64,000 nt of DNA, taken from positions 132,382 to 196,381 of the forward strand of contig JAWLBL010000005.1 of NCBI GenBank assembly GCA_041687695.1, given 5' to 3'. The position numbers and the translations under genes are program-made. Under the pieces are notes generated by a model. That model worked only from the letters and a program-made list of their open reading frames with translations. It was not told the origin of the DNA and made no database searches. Below, in pieces: positions 18,545 through 28,552 of the stretch; the first letter of the stretch is position 1, and every line of letters starts with the position of its first letter. The DNA is from Myxococcota bacterium. GTDB lineage: Bacteria; Myxococcota_A; UBA9042; PHBI01; JAWLBL01.

Positions 18545-19987
18545 TCAGCGCGCCTCGGCGGCATCGACAGCATCGACGGGGGCGGGCGCCGGGGCGCGCA
18601 GGGTCAGGGTGACCAGGACGGCGGCGGCGACGCCGATGGCGGTCAGGACCGGCTGGGCGGGGACGAAGGCCAGCCAGGCGGGCCAGGCGGCGGCGGGGAC
18701 GGCGCTGGCGGCGACGGCGGTGGTGCCGCCGGCGAGCATGCTCCAGAAGGCGGCGGCCGGGGTGGCGCGGGGCCACAGCAGGCCGGCCAGCGTGGGGACG
18801 AAGAGGCCCGAGACCATGAAGGCGTAGGCGAGGAGGATGGCCTCGAGCACGCTGGGGGAGACCAGGGCCATCAGGACCGAGGCGACGCCGATGAGCAGGG
18901 TGGCGGCGCGGCTGACCCGCAGGAGCTGGGCGTCGGTGGCGCGCGGGCGGAGGACGCCGCGGTAGAGATCGCCGACGAAGTGGCCGGAGGCGGCGAGCAG
19001 GCAGGAGTCGGCGGTCGACATGATGGCGGCGAAGTAGGCGGCGAGGACGGCGCCGGTCAGGCCGATGGGCAGGACCTCGCGGATGAGCAGCGGCAGGGCG
19101 CCCTCGGGGTCGGCGGTGGGGAACAGGACGCGGGCGATGACGCCCAGAGCGGTGCCGAGCAGGGCGATGAGCGGCCACTCGAGGAGGCCGGCCAGGTACC
19201 AGGCGCGCTTGGCGGTGGCGACGTCGCGCGCGGCGTAGATGCGCTGGTAGAGCGTATTGGCGACGAACCAGATGGGGATGATGCCGACCGCCCAGCCCAG
19301 GAGATCGGCGCCGCTGGCCTGGGTCAGGCTGAGGTGGCCGGCCGGCAGCGCGGCGGTGAGGCCGTCGAGCCCGCCGACGGCGGACCAGGCGGCCGGCAGG
19401 GCGAAGAGGGCCAGGCCGACCAGCAGGACGCCCCACTGGACGAGGTCGGTCAGGACCACCGCCTGCAGGCCGCCGAGGGCCGTGTAGCCGATGACGATGG
19501 CGGCGGTGACGAAGACGGCCAGGTGGAGGTCGAGGTCGAAGGCGACGGAGGCCAGCTTGGCGCCGGCGAGGACCTGCGCGCCAACGAAGGCGGCGTAGCC
19601 GAGGCCGGAGACGACGGCGGCGAGGCGCTGGGTGCGGGCGTCGAAGCGGTGGGCCAGGTAGTCGGCGAAGGTGGTCCAGCCGTGGGCGTCGGCGAGGGGC
19701 TTGACGCGCGGGATGACGAGGACGGCGGCGAGCCAGGCGCCGAGGAGGCCGGTGAACAGGAGCCACGAGCCCGACAGGCCAAGGGTGAAGCCGAGGCCGC
19801 CGAGGCCTATGGAGAAGCCGCCGCCGACGTCGGTGGCGACGACGGAGAGGCCGACGTGGCCCGCGGACATGTCGCGGTCGCCGACGAAGTAGGCGTTGGC
19901 GCCGCGTTGGCGGCGCATGACGCGGACGCCGATGACGAGCATCGCGGTGAAGTACAGGGCGAGCACGGCGACGTCGGCGGCGTGCAT
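18545..19987 (-). CDS. Sodium:solute symporter (SSS) family transporter
   Basis: YFVGDR, GLSVVATDVGGG, YTALGGLQAVVLTD, AAIMSTADS; about 13 TM helices; GGAGG RBS. Confidence 0.92.
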   Translation of the reverse strand: MHAADVAVLALYFTAMLVIGVRVMRRQRGANAYFVGDRDMSAGHVGLSVVATDVGGGFSIGLGGLGFTLGLSGSWLLFTGLLGAWLAAVLVIPRVKPLADAHGWTTFADYLAHRFDARTQRLAAVVSGLGYAAFVGAQVLAGAKLASVAFDLDLHLAVFVTAAIVIGYTALGGLQAVVLTDLVQWGVLLVGLALFALPAAWSAVGGLDGLTAALPAGHLSLTQASGADLLGWAVGIIPIWFVANTLYQRIYAARDVATAKRAWYLAGLLEWPLIALLGTALGVIARVLFPTADPEGALPLLIREVLPIGLTGAVLAAYFAAIMSTADSCLLAASGHFVGDLYRGVLRPRATDAQLLRVSRAATLLIGVASVLMALVSPSVLEAILLAYAFMVSGLFVPTLAGLLWPRATPAAAFWSMLAGGTTAVAASAVPAAAWPAWLAFVPAQPVLTAIGVAAAVLVTLTLRAPAPAPVDAVDAAEAR

Positions 19988-20204
19988 GCGGGGGCCTCCT
20001 CGCGCGGGCGGCGGGCTTTGGACGGGCGGAGGTCGCGCCTGGGGGCCGGCGGGGCAGGCGCGCCGCATGGGGCGGGCGCCGAGGCCGGGCGGGTGGCGGA
20101 CCGGGTTCGCGCGGGATGTTAGTGGCTCGCGGCCGAGGTCGCCAGCGTCGACCCAGGGTCATCGCCAGGCCGAGGCCCTGTCCGCCGCCGCAGCAGCCGG
20201 CCCT

Positions 20205-20318
20205 GGAGTGCTCCAGCTTGCTGGAGCCCCGGCCCCGGCGGCTTGCCGCCGGGATCGGGCGGCCAGCCCGGCGCAGCAAGCTGCGCCGGATGGGGGCTCC
20301 ACCAAGGTGGAGCACTCC
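20205..20318 (+). repeat. 114-bp four-hairpin REP-like element, copy 1
   Basis: GGAGTG...CACTCC ends, four internal hairpins; inverted near-identical copy at 35413-35526. Confidence 0.85.
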
Positions 20319-20470
20319 GAGCACGCGCTCGTGACAGCCTCGCCTCGCCGACGCGACGGTTCCGGCGCCATGGACCCGGCGACGACAGTGGGCGACATCG
20401 ACCAGAGGCGGGGCCCGCGCTCGCCGGTCGGGGTTGCGCGCGCTCGGCGCCTCGGCTACAGCTGCGCGCC

Positions 20471-21589
20471 ATGACGACGCGACGCCCTGCCCTGATCTCG
20501 TGTTTGTTCCTGGCGCTGGCGGCCTGCGGGTCCGACGGCGGCTCGCCGACCCCGACTCCAGACGTCGACGCGACCACGTCCGATGCGCCGTCGGACGACG
20601 CGGACGACGCGGCCGAGCCCGACGTCGCCGAGCCCGACGTCGCCGAGTCCGACGCCACCGAGACCGACGCGGCCGAGCCCGACGCCGAGCCCGACGCGGC
20701 CGAGCCCGACGTCGCCCAGCCCGACGTCGCCCAGCCCGACGTCGCCGAGCCCGACGCCACCGAGCCCGACGCCACCGAGCCCGACGCCACCGAGCCCGAC
20801 GTCGCCGAACCCGAGCCCGACGTCGCCGAGCCCGAGCCCGACGTCGCCGAGCCCGAGCCCGACGTCGCGACGGAGCCCGACGTCACCCCGGACGTCGACC
20901 TGAACCCCTGCCCCTCCGGCGCCTGCGTCCCCGGCACCCTGACCTGCCCCAGCCTGGCCTCGACCAGCACCTGCGTCGAGGGCGCCATGGGCTGCGGCAG
21001 CTGGGCCGTCTCCTCGCCCTGCCCGCCCAACCACGTCTGCCACCACGGCGAGTGCGCCGCCTGCGTCGACGCCTACACCGACGACGCCGGTCTCCCCGAG
21101 GAGTGGGCCATCAACGGCCTGACCTGCGTCGGCGTCGCCTTCGGCACCGCCCCGGCCACCTTCTCGCCGGCGTCGCCCATCACCCGCGGCGAGGCCCTGG
21201 GCTGGCTGGTCCACGGCATGCAGTGGACCGTCGAGTGCCCCTTCACGCCCACCTTCACCGATCTCGCCGGCTCCAACTGGGCCTGCGAGGTCGAGACCGC
21301 CGCCGCCCACGGCCTGCTGACCCCCGACGCCGCCGGCAAGGCCCACCCCGACCAGCCGCTCACCCGCGCCGACCTCGCCGTCTACGCCCTGCGCGCCGTC
21401 GAGCTCCCGCCCGAGCCGCTCGGAGACAACCCCTTCACCGACACCGTCGGCCACCCGGCCGAGCCCTGGATCACCCTGGCCTTCGAGCTGGGCCTGGTCT
21501 TCCCCCAGTCCGGCGACGACCTCTACGGCCCCGACGACCCCGCCACCCGCGCCGCCGCGGCCTTCGCCGTCTGGGAGGTCGCCCGCTGA
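20471..21589 (+). CDS. Lipoprotein with AEPDV repeats, Cys-rich segment and SLH domains
   Basis: Lipobox LAAC; acidic repeat linker; SLH-type motifs PITRGEA, FTDL...[15 protein letters not shown]...[11 protein letters not shown]. Confidence 0.8.
   Translation: MTTRRPALISCLFLALAACGSDGGSPTPTPDVDATTSDAPSDDADDAAEPDVAEPDVAESDATETDAAEPDAEPDAAEPDVAQPDVAQPDVAEPDATEPDATEPDATEPDVAEPEPDVAEPEPDVAEPEPDVATEPDVTPDVDLNPCPSGACVPGTLTCPSLASTSTCVEGAMGCGSWAVSSPCPPNHVCHHGECAACVDAYTDDAGLPEEWAINGLTCVGVAFGTAPATFSPASPITRGEALGWLVHGMQWTVECPFTPTFTDLAGSNWACEVETAAAHGLLTPDAAGKAHPDQPLTRADLAVYALRAVELPPEPLGDNPFTDTVGHPAEPWITLAFELGLVFPQSGDDLYGPDDPATRAAAAFAVWEVAR
20608..20885 (+). repeat. Coding tandem repeats of 15/21 bp (AEPDV / AEPEPDV)
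   Basis: Repeated GCCGAGCCCGACG(T/C)C units. Confidence 0.85.
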
Positions 21590-21729
21590 GGCCGGCCAGC
21601 CCGGCTTGCTCGCCCCCGACCCGGCGGACTAGACTCCACGCCGTGTTGGCCGCCGACGACGCGCGGCCGACGGGCGCGGGGGAGGACCGGGATGCGGGTG
21701 CGGCAGACTGACGGCGAGGCGCTGACGCC

Positions 21730-23109
21730 GTGAGCCGCGTCCTGCTGTTCAACCCGGTCACCCCGGGGCGCCCGGTCCTGCGCGACTTCGCCTGCGGCGA
21801 CTCGACCAAGGGCGACTACTACTGGGCGCCCATCGATCTGCTGGTCCTGTCGGGCCTGCTCGACGCCGACCACCAGCTGACCGTCATCGACGCCGAGGTC
21901 GAGCGCCTCAGCCCCGCCGAGGCCGTCCGCCGCGCCGCCGCCGCCCGCCCCGACGTCGTCTTCACCCTGACCAGCGCCATCACCCTGGCCAGCGACGACC
22001 GCCTCCTGGGCACCCTCAAGCAGGCCACCGGCGCCCGCGTCTACGGCCTGGGCGACGTGGCCTCCTTCGCCCCGGCCGACGCCCTGGCCGCCGCCCCCGC
22101 CTTCGACGGCCTGGTCCAGAACTTCGCCGACCCCTCCCTGGTCCGCCTGGCCGCCGGCGACTCCGACGGCGTCACCAGCGTCGTGCTGCGCCGCGGCGAC
22201 CGCGTCGACGCCCGCCCGGTCGCCAAGGCCGACCCCATGCGCTACGGGCTGCCGCGCCACGACCTCTTCCCGCTGCACCGCTACCGCCTGCCCTTCAGCC
22301 GCACCGCCCGCTCCTCCACCATCCTGACCGCCTACGGCTGCCCCTTCCCCTGCACCTTCTGCAACTCGAACCTCCTCCCCTGGCAGCTGCGCCCCATCGA
22401 CGACGTCGCCGCCGAGCTCACCCACCTGCGCCGCCTCGGCGTCCGCGACGTCTACCTCCGCGACTTCAGCTTCGGCCCCACCCGTCGCCGCGCCCAGCAG
22501 CTCTGCGAGGCCATGACCGCCGCCGCCCGCGACCTCCGCTGGTCCGCCGAGTGCCGCCTCGAGACCCTCGACCCCGACCTGCTCGCCCAGATGCGCCGCG
22601 CCGGCTGCGACGTCATCCTGGTCGGCCTCGAGACCGGCGACGCCGACGTCGCGCGCCAGCTCGGCAAGCGCCTCGACCACGACCGCGCCCACCGCCTGCT
22701 CGCCCACGCCCGCCGCCTCGGCCTACGCGTCTGCGGCCACTTCGTCCTCGGCGCCCCCGGCGAGACCCGCGACCAGGTCCAGCGCACCCTGCGCTACGCC
22801 GCCAGCCTCCCGCTCGACTACGCCTCCTTCAACCTCTACGCCCCGCGCCTCGGCACCCCCATGCGCCAGCGCCTCGTCGCCGAAGGCCGCCTCGCCCCGA
22901 CCGACCTCACCGGCCAGGACGTCTCCGTGCACGCCAACGCCTTCTCGGCCGTCCCGCCCGACGCGCTGCGCCACCTCTTCGTCCGCGGCGTCCTGTCCTT
23001 CTACTTCCGCCCGCGCCAGCTCGCGCGCCTGCTGCGCTGCACCCCCTGGTCGGTCCTGGCCCGCCAGGGCCTCGGCGTCCTGCGCGGCCTGACGAGCGCC
23101 CAAGCATGA
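21730..23109 (+). CDS. B12-binding-domain radical SAM protein
   Basis: CPFPCTFC (CxxxCxxC); N-terminal B12-binding-like domain; AGCDVILVGLETG; FVLGAPGET. Confidence 0.9.
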   Translation: MSRVLLFNPVTPGRPVLRDFACGDSTKGDYYWAPIDLLVLSGLLDADHQLTVIDAEVERLSPAEAVRRAAAARPDVVFTLTSAITLASDDRLLGTLKQATGARVYGLGDVASFAPADALAAAPAFDGLVQNFADPSLVRLAAGDSDGVTSVVLRRGDRVDARPVAKADPMRYGLPRHDLFPLHRYRLPFSRTARSSTILTAYGCPFPCTFCNSNLLPWQLRPIDDVAAELTHLRRLGVRDVYLRDFSFGPTRRRAQQLCEAMTAAARDLRWSAECRLETLDPDLLAQMRRAGCDVILVGLETGDADVARQLGKRLDHDRAHRLLAHARRLGLRVCGHFVLGAPGETRDQVQRTLRYAASLPLDYASFNLYAPRLGTPMRQRLVAEGRLAPTDLTGQDVSVHANAFSAVPPDALRHLFVRGVLSFYFRPRQLARLLRCTPWSVLARQGLGVLRGLTSAQA

Positions 23110-23993
23110 CCCTCCCCGCCCCCATCGCCCCGGCCGAGGACGGCCTCACCGTCGTCGTCCCGGCCCTCAACGAAGAGCTGGGCATCGCCGCCACCCTGGC
23201 CGCCCTGAACGACGCCCTGCGCGCCATCGACGGCCCCACCGAGGTCATCGTCGTCGACGACGGCTCGCGCGACCGCACCGCCGACCTCGCCCGCGCCGCC
23301 GGCGCCCGCGTCCTGTCGCACCCCGAGCCGGGCGGCTACGGGCGCGCCCTCAAGACCGGCATCGCCGCCGCCCGCTACGAGACCATCGCCATCACCGACG
23401 CCGACGGCACCTACCCGGTCGCCGAGCTGCCCCGCATGGTCGCGCTCCTGACCGACTACGACATGGTCGTCGGCGCCCGCACCGGCCCGCTCTACCGCCG
23501 CAAGGCCCTGCTGTCGCCCCTGCGCACCGCCTTCCTGCTGCTGTCCAGCTTCGTCACGGGCACCTGGATCCCCGACCCCAACAGCGGCCTGCGCGTCTTC
23601 CGCCGCTCGCAGGTCGTCCCGCTCTTGCCCCAGCTGCCGCGCGCCTTCTCCTTCACGACCACCCTCACCCTCATCCTCACCCTGGCCGGCTGCTTCGTCG
23701 CCTACCACCGCATCCCCTACCTGAAGCGCCTCGGCCGCTCGAAGGTCCGCATCGTCCGCGACGCCCTGCGCGTCGGCCAGACCCTGGTCGAGGTCATCCT
23801 CGTCCACAACCCGCTCAAGCTGTTCCTGCTGGTCGCCGCCCTCGCCTTCCTGCTCTCCATCGTCTTCTTCGCCCTCGCCACCTTTGGCCCGGCCTTCGTC
23901 GTCGCCGGCGCCGTCCTGCTGGCCACCGCCATCCTGGCCTTCACCGCGGGCCTGCTCGCCGTGGTCGTGCTCGCCGACCGCCGCGTGCGATGA
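23106..23993 (+). CDS. GT2 glycosyltransferase (polyprenyl-phosphate/DPM-synthase-like)
   Basis: VVVPALNEE, VVDDGSRD, TDADGTY, DPNSGLRVFRR; two C-terminal TM helices; ATGA overlap. Confidence 0.9.
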   Translation: MTLPAPIAPAEDGLTVVVPALNEELGIAATLAALNDALRAIDGPTEVIVVDDGSRDRTADLARAAGARVLSHPEPGGYGRALKTGIAAARYETIAITDADGTYPVAELPRMVALLTDYDMVVGARTGPLYRRKALLSPLRTAFLLLSSFVTGTWIPDPNSGLRVFRRSQVVPLLPQLPRAFSFTTTLTLILTLAGCFVAYHRIPYLKRLGRSKVRIVRDALRVGQTLVEVILVHNPLKLFLLVAALAFLLSIVFFALATFGPAFVVAGAVLLATAILAFTAGLLAVVVLADRRVR

Positions 23994-26266
23994 CGGCGCG
24001 CCGCCTCGCCCTCGCGGCCCTGCTGCTGGCCTGCGTCGCCGCCTCGCCCGCCGCCGCCCAGCCCGCCCCCGACCCGCGCGCGGCCATCCCGCCCGGCCAC
24101 GAGACCACCATCCGCGCTCTCGTCGAGCCGCTCCCCGCCGGCGCCCGCCTCGAGCAGCTGACCATCCGCGCCCGCGCCTTCACCTTCGACCTCGACCTCG
24201 CCGGCACCCCCGTCGCCCTGCAGGTCGACGCCGACCGCCAGCCCCCGGCCCGCCTGACCCCCGACGTCGCCGCCCTCCCCGCCCCCGCGCGCGCCCTGGC
24301 CCAGCCGCTGCTGACCACCGTCACCACCCGCCTGAGCCCCGCCTTCTGGGCCAGCGTCCTCAAACCTCGTCCGCCCCCCGCCGACCCCGCCCGCGTCCAG
24401 GCCGCCGCCCCGCCCCGCCGCGCCCCCGTCGCCTGGTGGCCGCTGCTCGCCGGCCTGTGGTCGGGCGCCCTGCTCCTGCTCGCCGCCCTGCGCGCCCGCC
24501 GCCCGACCGGCGCCCTCCTGACCTTCGGCGCCGCCGCGGCCCCGCTGCTCTACCTCGCCGCCACCGCCGACGAGCGCGCCCTCATCACCCTCGCCCTGTC
24601 CACCGCGGCCGTCGCGGGCCTGGGCGCCCTCGCCCTTCCGCTGACCCGCCGACTCCCCGCGCCCGCCCCGCTGCGCAGCGGCCCCGGGCTGGCCCTCGAC
24701 GCCGCCGCCGTCCTGGCCTGGAGCCTGCTGGTCCGCCTGGTCCTGACCACGCCCAACGTCCTGACCGACGGCGGCAGCATGGAGGGCCGCGCCTTCAAGC
24801 TCATGCCAGGCTTCGGCGGCGTCAGCGTCCTGTTCGATCTCCTGCTGCCCGGCGCCGCCGTCATCGACCCCACGGTCGCCGCCTCGACCCTGCTGTCCGC
24901 CCTGGCGCCCGTCGGCGTCCTGTTGCTGGGCCGCGCCCTGCTCGGCCGCCGCCCCGAGGCCCTGCTCGCCGGCCTGGCCATGGCCTCGCTGCCCGTCCAC
25001 GCGGCCCTGTTCTCCAGCGACTTCGAGAGCGGCCCCACCCTGGCGCTGCTGACCGTCGGCCTGGGCGCCCTGCTGCTGGGCCTGCGCGAGGCGCGCCCCC
25101 TCGCCGCCGCCGCGGGCGCCGCCCTGACCGCCTACGCCGTGTGGGGCCGGCCCGAGGCGGTGGTCGCCGGCGTCCCGGTCGCTGCGGCGGTCCTGGTCCA
25201 CCACGCGGTCTGGCGCCGCGACCCGCGCCTGCTGGCGCCCCTGGCCTGGCTGGGCCTGGTCGCCACCGCCCGCATCGTCCTGCTGCGCGGGGCCACCAAG
25301 CTGCCGCCCAGCCGCTTCAAGCCCTGGGGCCCCGTCTGGGACCTGCCAATGACCGACTTGTTGGCGCAGAGCGCGCTGCTCCCGCCCTGGCTGTGGGCCG
25401 CCCCCGTGGGCCTGGTCGCCCTGTGGCGCCGCGACCGGGCGGGCACCTTCATCCTGGTGCTGGGCCTCATGGGTGGCTACCTGCCCCTGCAGCTGTCCGA
25501 CGCCCTGGCCAGCGACGCCACCGAGACCCACATGGAGGTCTTCCGCTACGGCGCCTTCGCCATGCCCTGGGCCTGCCTGCTGGCCGCCGCCGGCCTGGGC
25601 GCGCTGGGCCGGCTGCTGCTGGGCCGGCGCCCGGGCGGCATCCGCTGGGCGACGGGCCTGGCCGCCGGGGCCCTGGTGGCCACGCCGCTGGTCAACCTGG
25701 ACTACCTGGGCGTCACCTACGGGCCGCAGCTCGAGCGCCAGGCCTTCCTGGACGCGGTCGAGCAGGTCGACGGGACCTGCTGGATCGTCGCGCCCGACGA
25801 TCTGGGCGACGAGGCCGACCAGGGCGGCGGCACCATCGAGATCCACAAGCGCTACGAGCTGGTGCTGGCCGACGCCGAGGCCCAGGGCCTCAGCCGCTAC
25901 CCGCGTCATCAGGTCGTCGGCACCACCGAGTTCCTGGCCGCCGTCGACCGCCAGCGCGCCCAGGGCTCGCGGGCCCTGCCGACCGCGCGCCAGGTCGTGC
26001 AGGACGGCCGCGACTTCGACCCGGGCCTCGACGCCAGCTGCTGGTACTACTTCCGCGGCCTGTACTGCGACGACGGCTTCGAGGGCCACCCGACGGGCGT
26101 CTGCCAGCGCCTCGAGGCCGCCGTCGAGGCCCAGCCGGTCTACGAGCGCACCTTCGAGTACCGGCACCACCGGCTGGTGACCCGCCCCGACCTGCGCCGC
26201 GCCCCGCTGTACGACCCGGCGCGCCGCCTCGAGCTGTTCCGGCTCACCGGCCTGCGCGAACCCTGA
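23990..26266 (+). CDS. Polytopic membrane protein, putative GT-C (ArnT/PMT-like)
   Basis: Signal peptide, many TM helices, LPVHAALFSSD...RPE, RY motif, Cys-containing C-terminal periplasmic domain; ATGA overlap with the GT2 gene. Confidence 0.7.
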   Translation: MTARRLALAALLLACVAASPAAAQPAPDPRAAIPPGHETTIRALVEPLPAGARLEQLTIRARAFTFDLDLAGTPVALQVDADRQPPARLTPDVAALPAPARALAQPLLTTVTTRLSPAFWASVLKPRPPPADPARVQAAAPPRRAPVAWWPLLAGLWSGALLLLAALRARRPTGALLTFGAAAAPLLYLAATADERALITLALSTAAVAGLGALALPLTRRLPAPAPLRSGPGLALDAAAVLAWSLLVRLVLTTPNVLTDGGSMEGRAFKLMPGFGGVSVLFDLLLPGAAVIDPTVAASTLLSALAPVGVLLLGRALLGRRPEALLAGLAMASLPVHAALFSSDFESGPTLALLTVGLGALLLGLREARPLAAAAGAALTAYAVWGRPEAVVAGVPVAAAVLVHHAVWRRDPRLLAPLAWLGLVATARIVLLRGATKLPPSRFKPWGPVWDLPMTDLLAQSALLPPWLWAAPVGLVALWRRDRAGTFILVLGLMGGYLPLQLSDALASDATETHMEVFRYGAFAMPWACLLAAAGLGALGRLLLGRRPGGIRWATGLAAGALVATPLVNLDYLGVTYGPQLERQAFLDAVEQVDGTCWIVAPDDLGDEADQGGGTIEIHKRYELVLADAEAQGLSRYPRHQVVGTTEFLAAVDRQRAQGSRALPTARQVVQDGRDFDPGLDASCWYYFRGLYCDDGFEGHPTGVCQRLEAAVEAQPVYERTFEYRHHRLVTRPDLRRAPLYDPARRLELFRLTGLREP

Positions 26267-26281
26267 CCCCGACCACCGGCC

Positions 26282-28435
26282 TCAGGGCACGTCGAACAGA
26301 CGGGCGCGCGACAGCCGCAGCGGGATGCTCGGCTGGGCGTACAGGTGGCTCGCCCCGTTCTCGGCGTCGTAGAAGCGGACCGGGGCCTCGGCCGACAGCA
26401 CCGGCTCGGCCTTCAGCCGCTCGCGCAGCGCCAGGCAGTCGCTGGCGTACTTCTCGGCGCCCTTGGTGGCGGACGAGCAGGCCAGCCCCTCGTACAGGTA
26501 CAGGCACGCGGGCCGCTCGCGCAGCACCTCGTCGAGCGGCTCGCCGCCGTCCGGGGTGCGGCCCTCGGGCCCGACGCCCACCGCGCGGTAGCGGAAGGTG
26601 CGCTCGCCGCCGACCCGCGCGCCGATGCGCTCGAAGCGCAGCTGGCCGGGGCCGTCGACGGCGCCCGTGTACTCGACCACCGTGCACCCCTCGGGGACCA
26701 CGTCGCGGGCCGCGCGGACCAGGTCGAACTCGTGCAGCTCGGTGTAGTCGGTGTACGCGATGAAGCCCGCGTGCAGCCACGGCGCGGCAGCCATCAGCGC
26801 GGCGCCGCCCCACAGCGCCGGCCGCCAGCGGGCCGCCAGGCGCGGCACGGCCGTGGCGCCCAGCAGCAGGAACGGGACCACCAGGTGCAGGTGGTAGCGC
26901 GGCATCATCGTCTCTTGCAGGACGACCGCGTGGGCGACCACGAACATCAGGAGCCAGCCGACCAGGAACAGGACCAGCAGCCGCTCGCCGGCGCGCCAGG
27001 TCAGGACGGCGCCCGCGACGGCCAGCGCCATCAGCACGATGGGCGTGGCGCTGACGTCCGACAGCACCAGCAGCTTCGGCGTGACCAGGACCGTCAGGCT
27101 CTCGAGCACCCAGCCCAGGTCCTCGGTCACGGCGGACAGGGCGCCCGAGTTCTTGCCCGCCATGAAGTTCAGCGCGACGACGCCCACCGTGACCACGATG
27201 ACCAGCGCGGCCAGGCGGCGGGCGCGAGGCGCGGTCTCGCGGTGCAAGAACAGGATGGCGCCGACGTAGACGACGACGAACAGGATGTTCAGCGGGCGCA
27301 GCAGGTAGCCCGGGTACAGGGTCCAGGGCAGCGCGAACAGCATCAGCCAGCGGACGCGGCGCGAGGGGTCGCGCAGCCAGCCGTGGATGAGCGCGAAGGC
27401 GAGCGAGGTCAGGACCAGCGAGGCGACGAAGCCGTCCTCGCAGCGCGAATAGCGGATGTGCTGGGGCAGAAAGGCGATGGCGAAGGCGGCGACCAGGCCG
27501 GCGCGGGTGTCGCGCAGCAGGTAGCTGGCGTGCGAGAACAGGACCAGCGGCATCACCGCGGCGTAGGCGAAGTTGGTCCAGCCGGCGACGTCGGTCAGGT
27601 AGAAGCCGTGGCCGGCGCTCTCGGCGGCGACCGCCAGCCACGAGCCGTCGGCGACGGTGCGCACGTTCGGGTAGACGCGGCTCCAGGGCCAGGCGCCCAG
27701 GAAGGTGTCGGGTGCGTAGGCCAGGCGCAGCAGCACGCCGGCGGTGACGATGGCGAGCAGGGCGAGGGCGGTCCAGCGAGGCGCCTCGACCAGCATCCGC
27801 CCCGCCAGCAGCAGCGCCAGGAGATAGACGAGGAGCACCAGCGCGATGCCGTCGATGGGCACCCAGCCCAGCTCGTCGAAGCGGACCCCGATGCGCCCCT
27901 GCGCTTCCTCGGCCGCCCGCTCTGCGTCGGGAACCTCGACCACCATCTCCTTCCAGATCGGGCCGCCCGCGTCGTTGCGCTCGACCAGCCCCAGCAGGAC
28001 GTCGCGCGCCTCGTTGGCCTTCGGATCCCACTCGAAGCCGGGCAGCCACGCGAAGCTCTTGCTGCGCCGCGCGCCCGCCGGGGCCTCGTCCGGGTGCACC
28101 AGGCTGAACGAGGTCGTGCGCTCGTCGCCGCGCCGCAGCTCGACCCGGACCCGCTTGGCCTCGATGCGCACCTCCCACAGGGCGTAGCCGTGCGCGACCT
28201 CGCTGGTCAGCCGGTGCGGCTCGAACAGCCGCATGACGGCCGCTTCCTGCCCGGCGCCGATGACCCAGTGCCGGTACGAGACCTCTGGCGCGTCGGCCGC
28301 TGGCGCCTCGCCCCCCAAGCGGCCGGACAGCCCCAACCAGGCCGCCAGCGCGAGCCCGATCGCCACCGCGACCAGCCCCGCGCGGCGCCACGCGACCTTC
28401 CGGCCGCGCGCCGGCTGGGTGCCGTTGTCAGTCAT
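26282..28435 (-). CDS. Polytopic membrane protein, putative GT-C (GT39/ArnT-like)
   Basis: LPQHIRYSRCED, RPLN, PRYHL motifs; TM helices; shares N- and C-terminal motifs with 23990..26266. Confidence 0.75.
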   Translation of the reverse strand: MTDNGTQPARGRKVAWRRAGLVAVAIGLALAAWLGLSGRLGGEAPAADAPEVSYRHWVIGAGQEAAVMRLFEPHRLTSEVAHGYALWEVRIEAKRVRVELRRGDERTTSFSLVHPDEAPAGARRSKSFAWLPGFEWDPKANEARDVLLGLVERNDAGGPIWKEMVVEVPDAERAAEEAQGRIGVRFDELGWVPIDGIALVLLVYLLALLLAGRMLVEAPRWTALALLAIVTAGVLLRLAYAPDTFLGAWPWSRVYPNVRTVADGSWLAVAAESAGHGFYLTDVAGWTNFAYAAVMPLVLFSHASYLLRDTRAGLVAAFAIAFLPQHIRYSRCEDGFVASLVLTSLAFALIHGWLRDPSRRVRWLMLFALPWTLYPGYLLRPLNILFVVVYVGAILFLHRETAPRARRLAALVIVVTVGVVALNFMAGKNSGALSAVTEDLGWVLESLTVLVTPKLLVLSDVSATPIVLMALAVAGAVLTWRAGERLLVLFLVGWLLMFVVAHAVVLQETMMPRYHLHLVVPFLLLGATAVPRLAARWRPALWGGAALMAAAPWLHAGFIAYTDYTELHEFDLVRAARDVVPEGCTVVEYTGAVDGPGQLRFERIGARVGGERTFRYRAVGVGPEGRTPDGGEPLDEVLRERPACLYLYEGLACSSATKGAEKYASDCLALRERLKAEPVLSAEAPVRFYDAENGASHLYAQPSIPLRLSRARLFDVP

Positions 28436-28552
28436 CGCCGCCCCGTCGCTCCGGTCCGTCCCGGGCGAGCCCGAGGATACGCAAACGCGCCCGTGGCGTC
28501 TGCCGGAATACGCGGCCCGAACCCCCGCCGCGGGCGCCCCATTCCGCGGCGG

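Noticed and set aside
19990..20200. Riboswitch upstream of the SSS transporter
   Set aside because: No recognisable aptamer consensus by eye; an Rfam cmscan would be needed.
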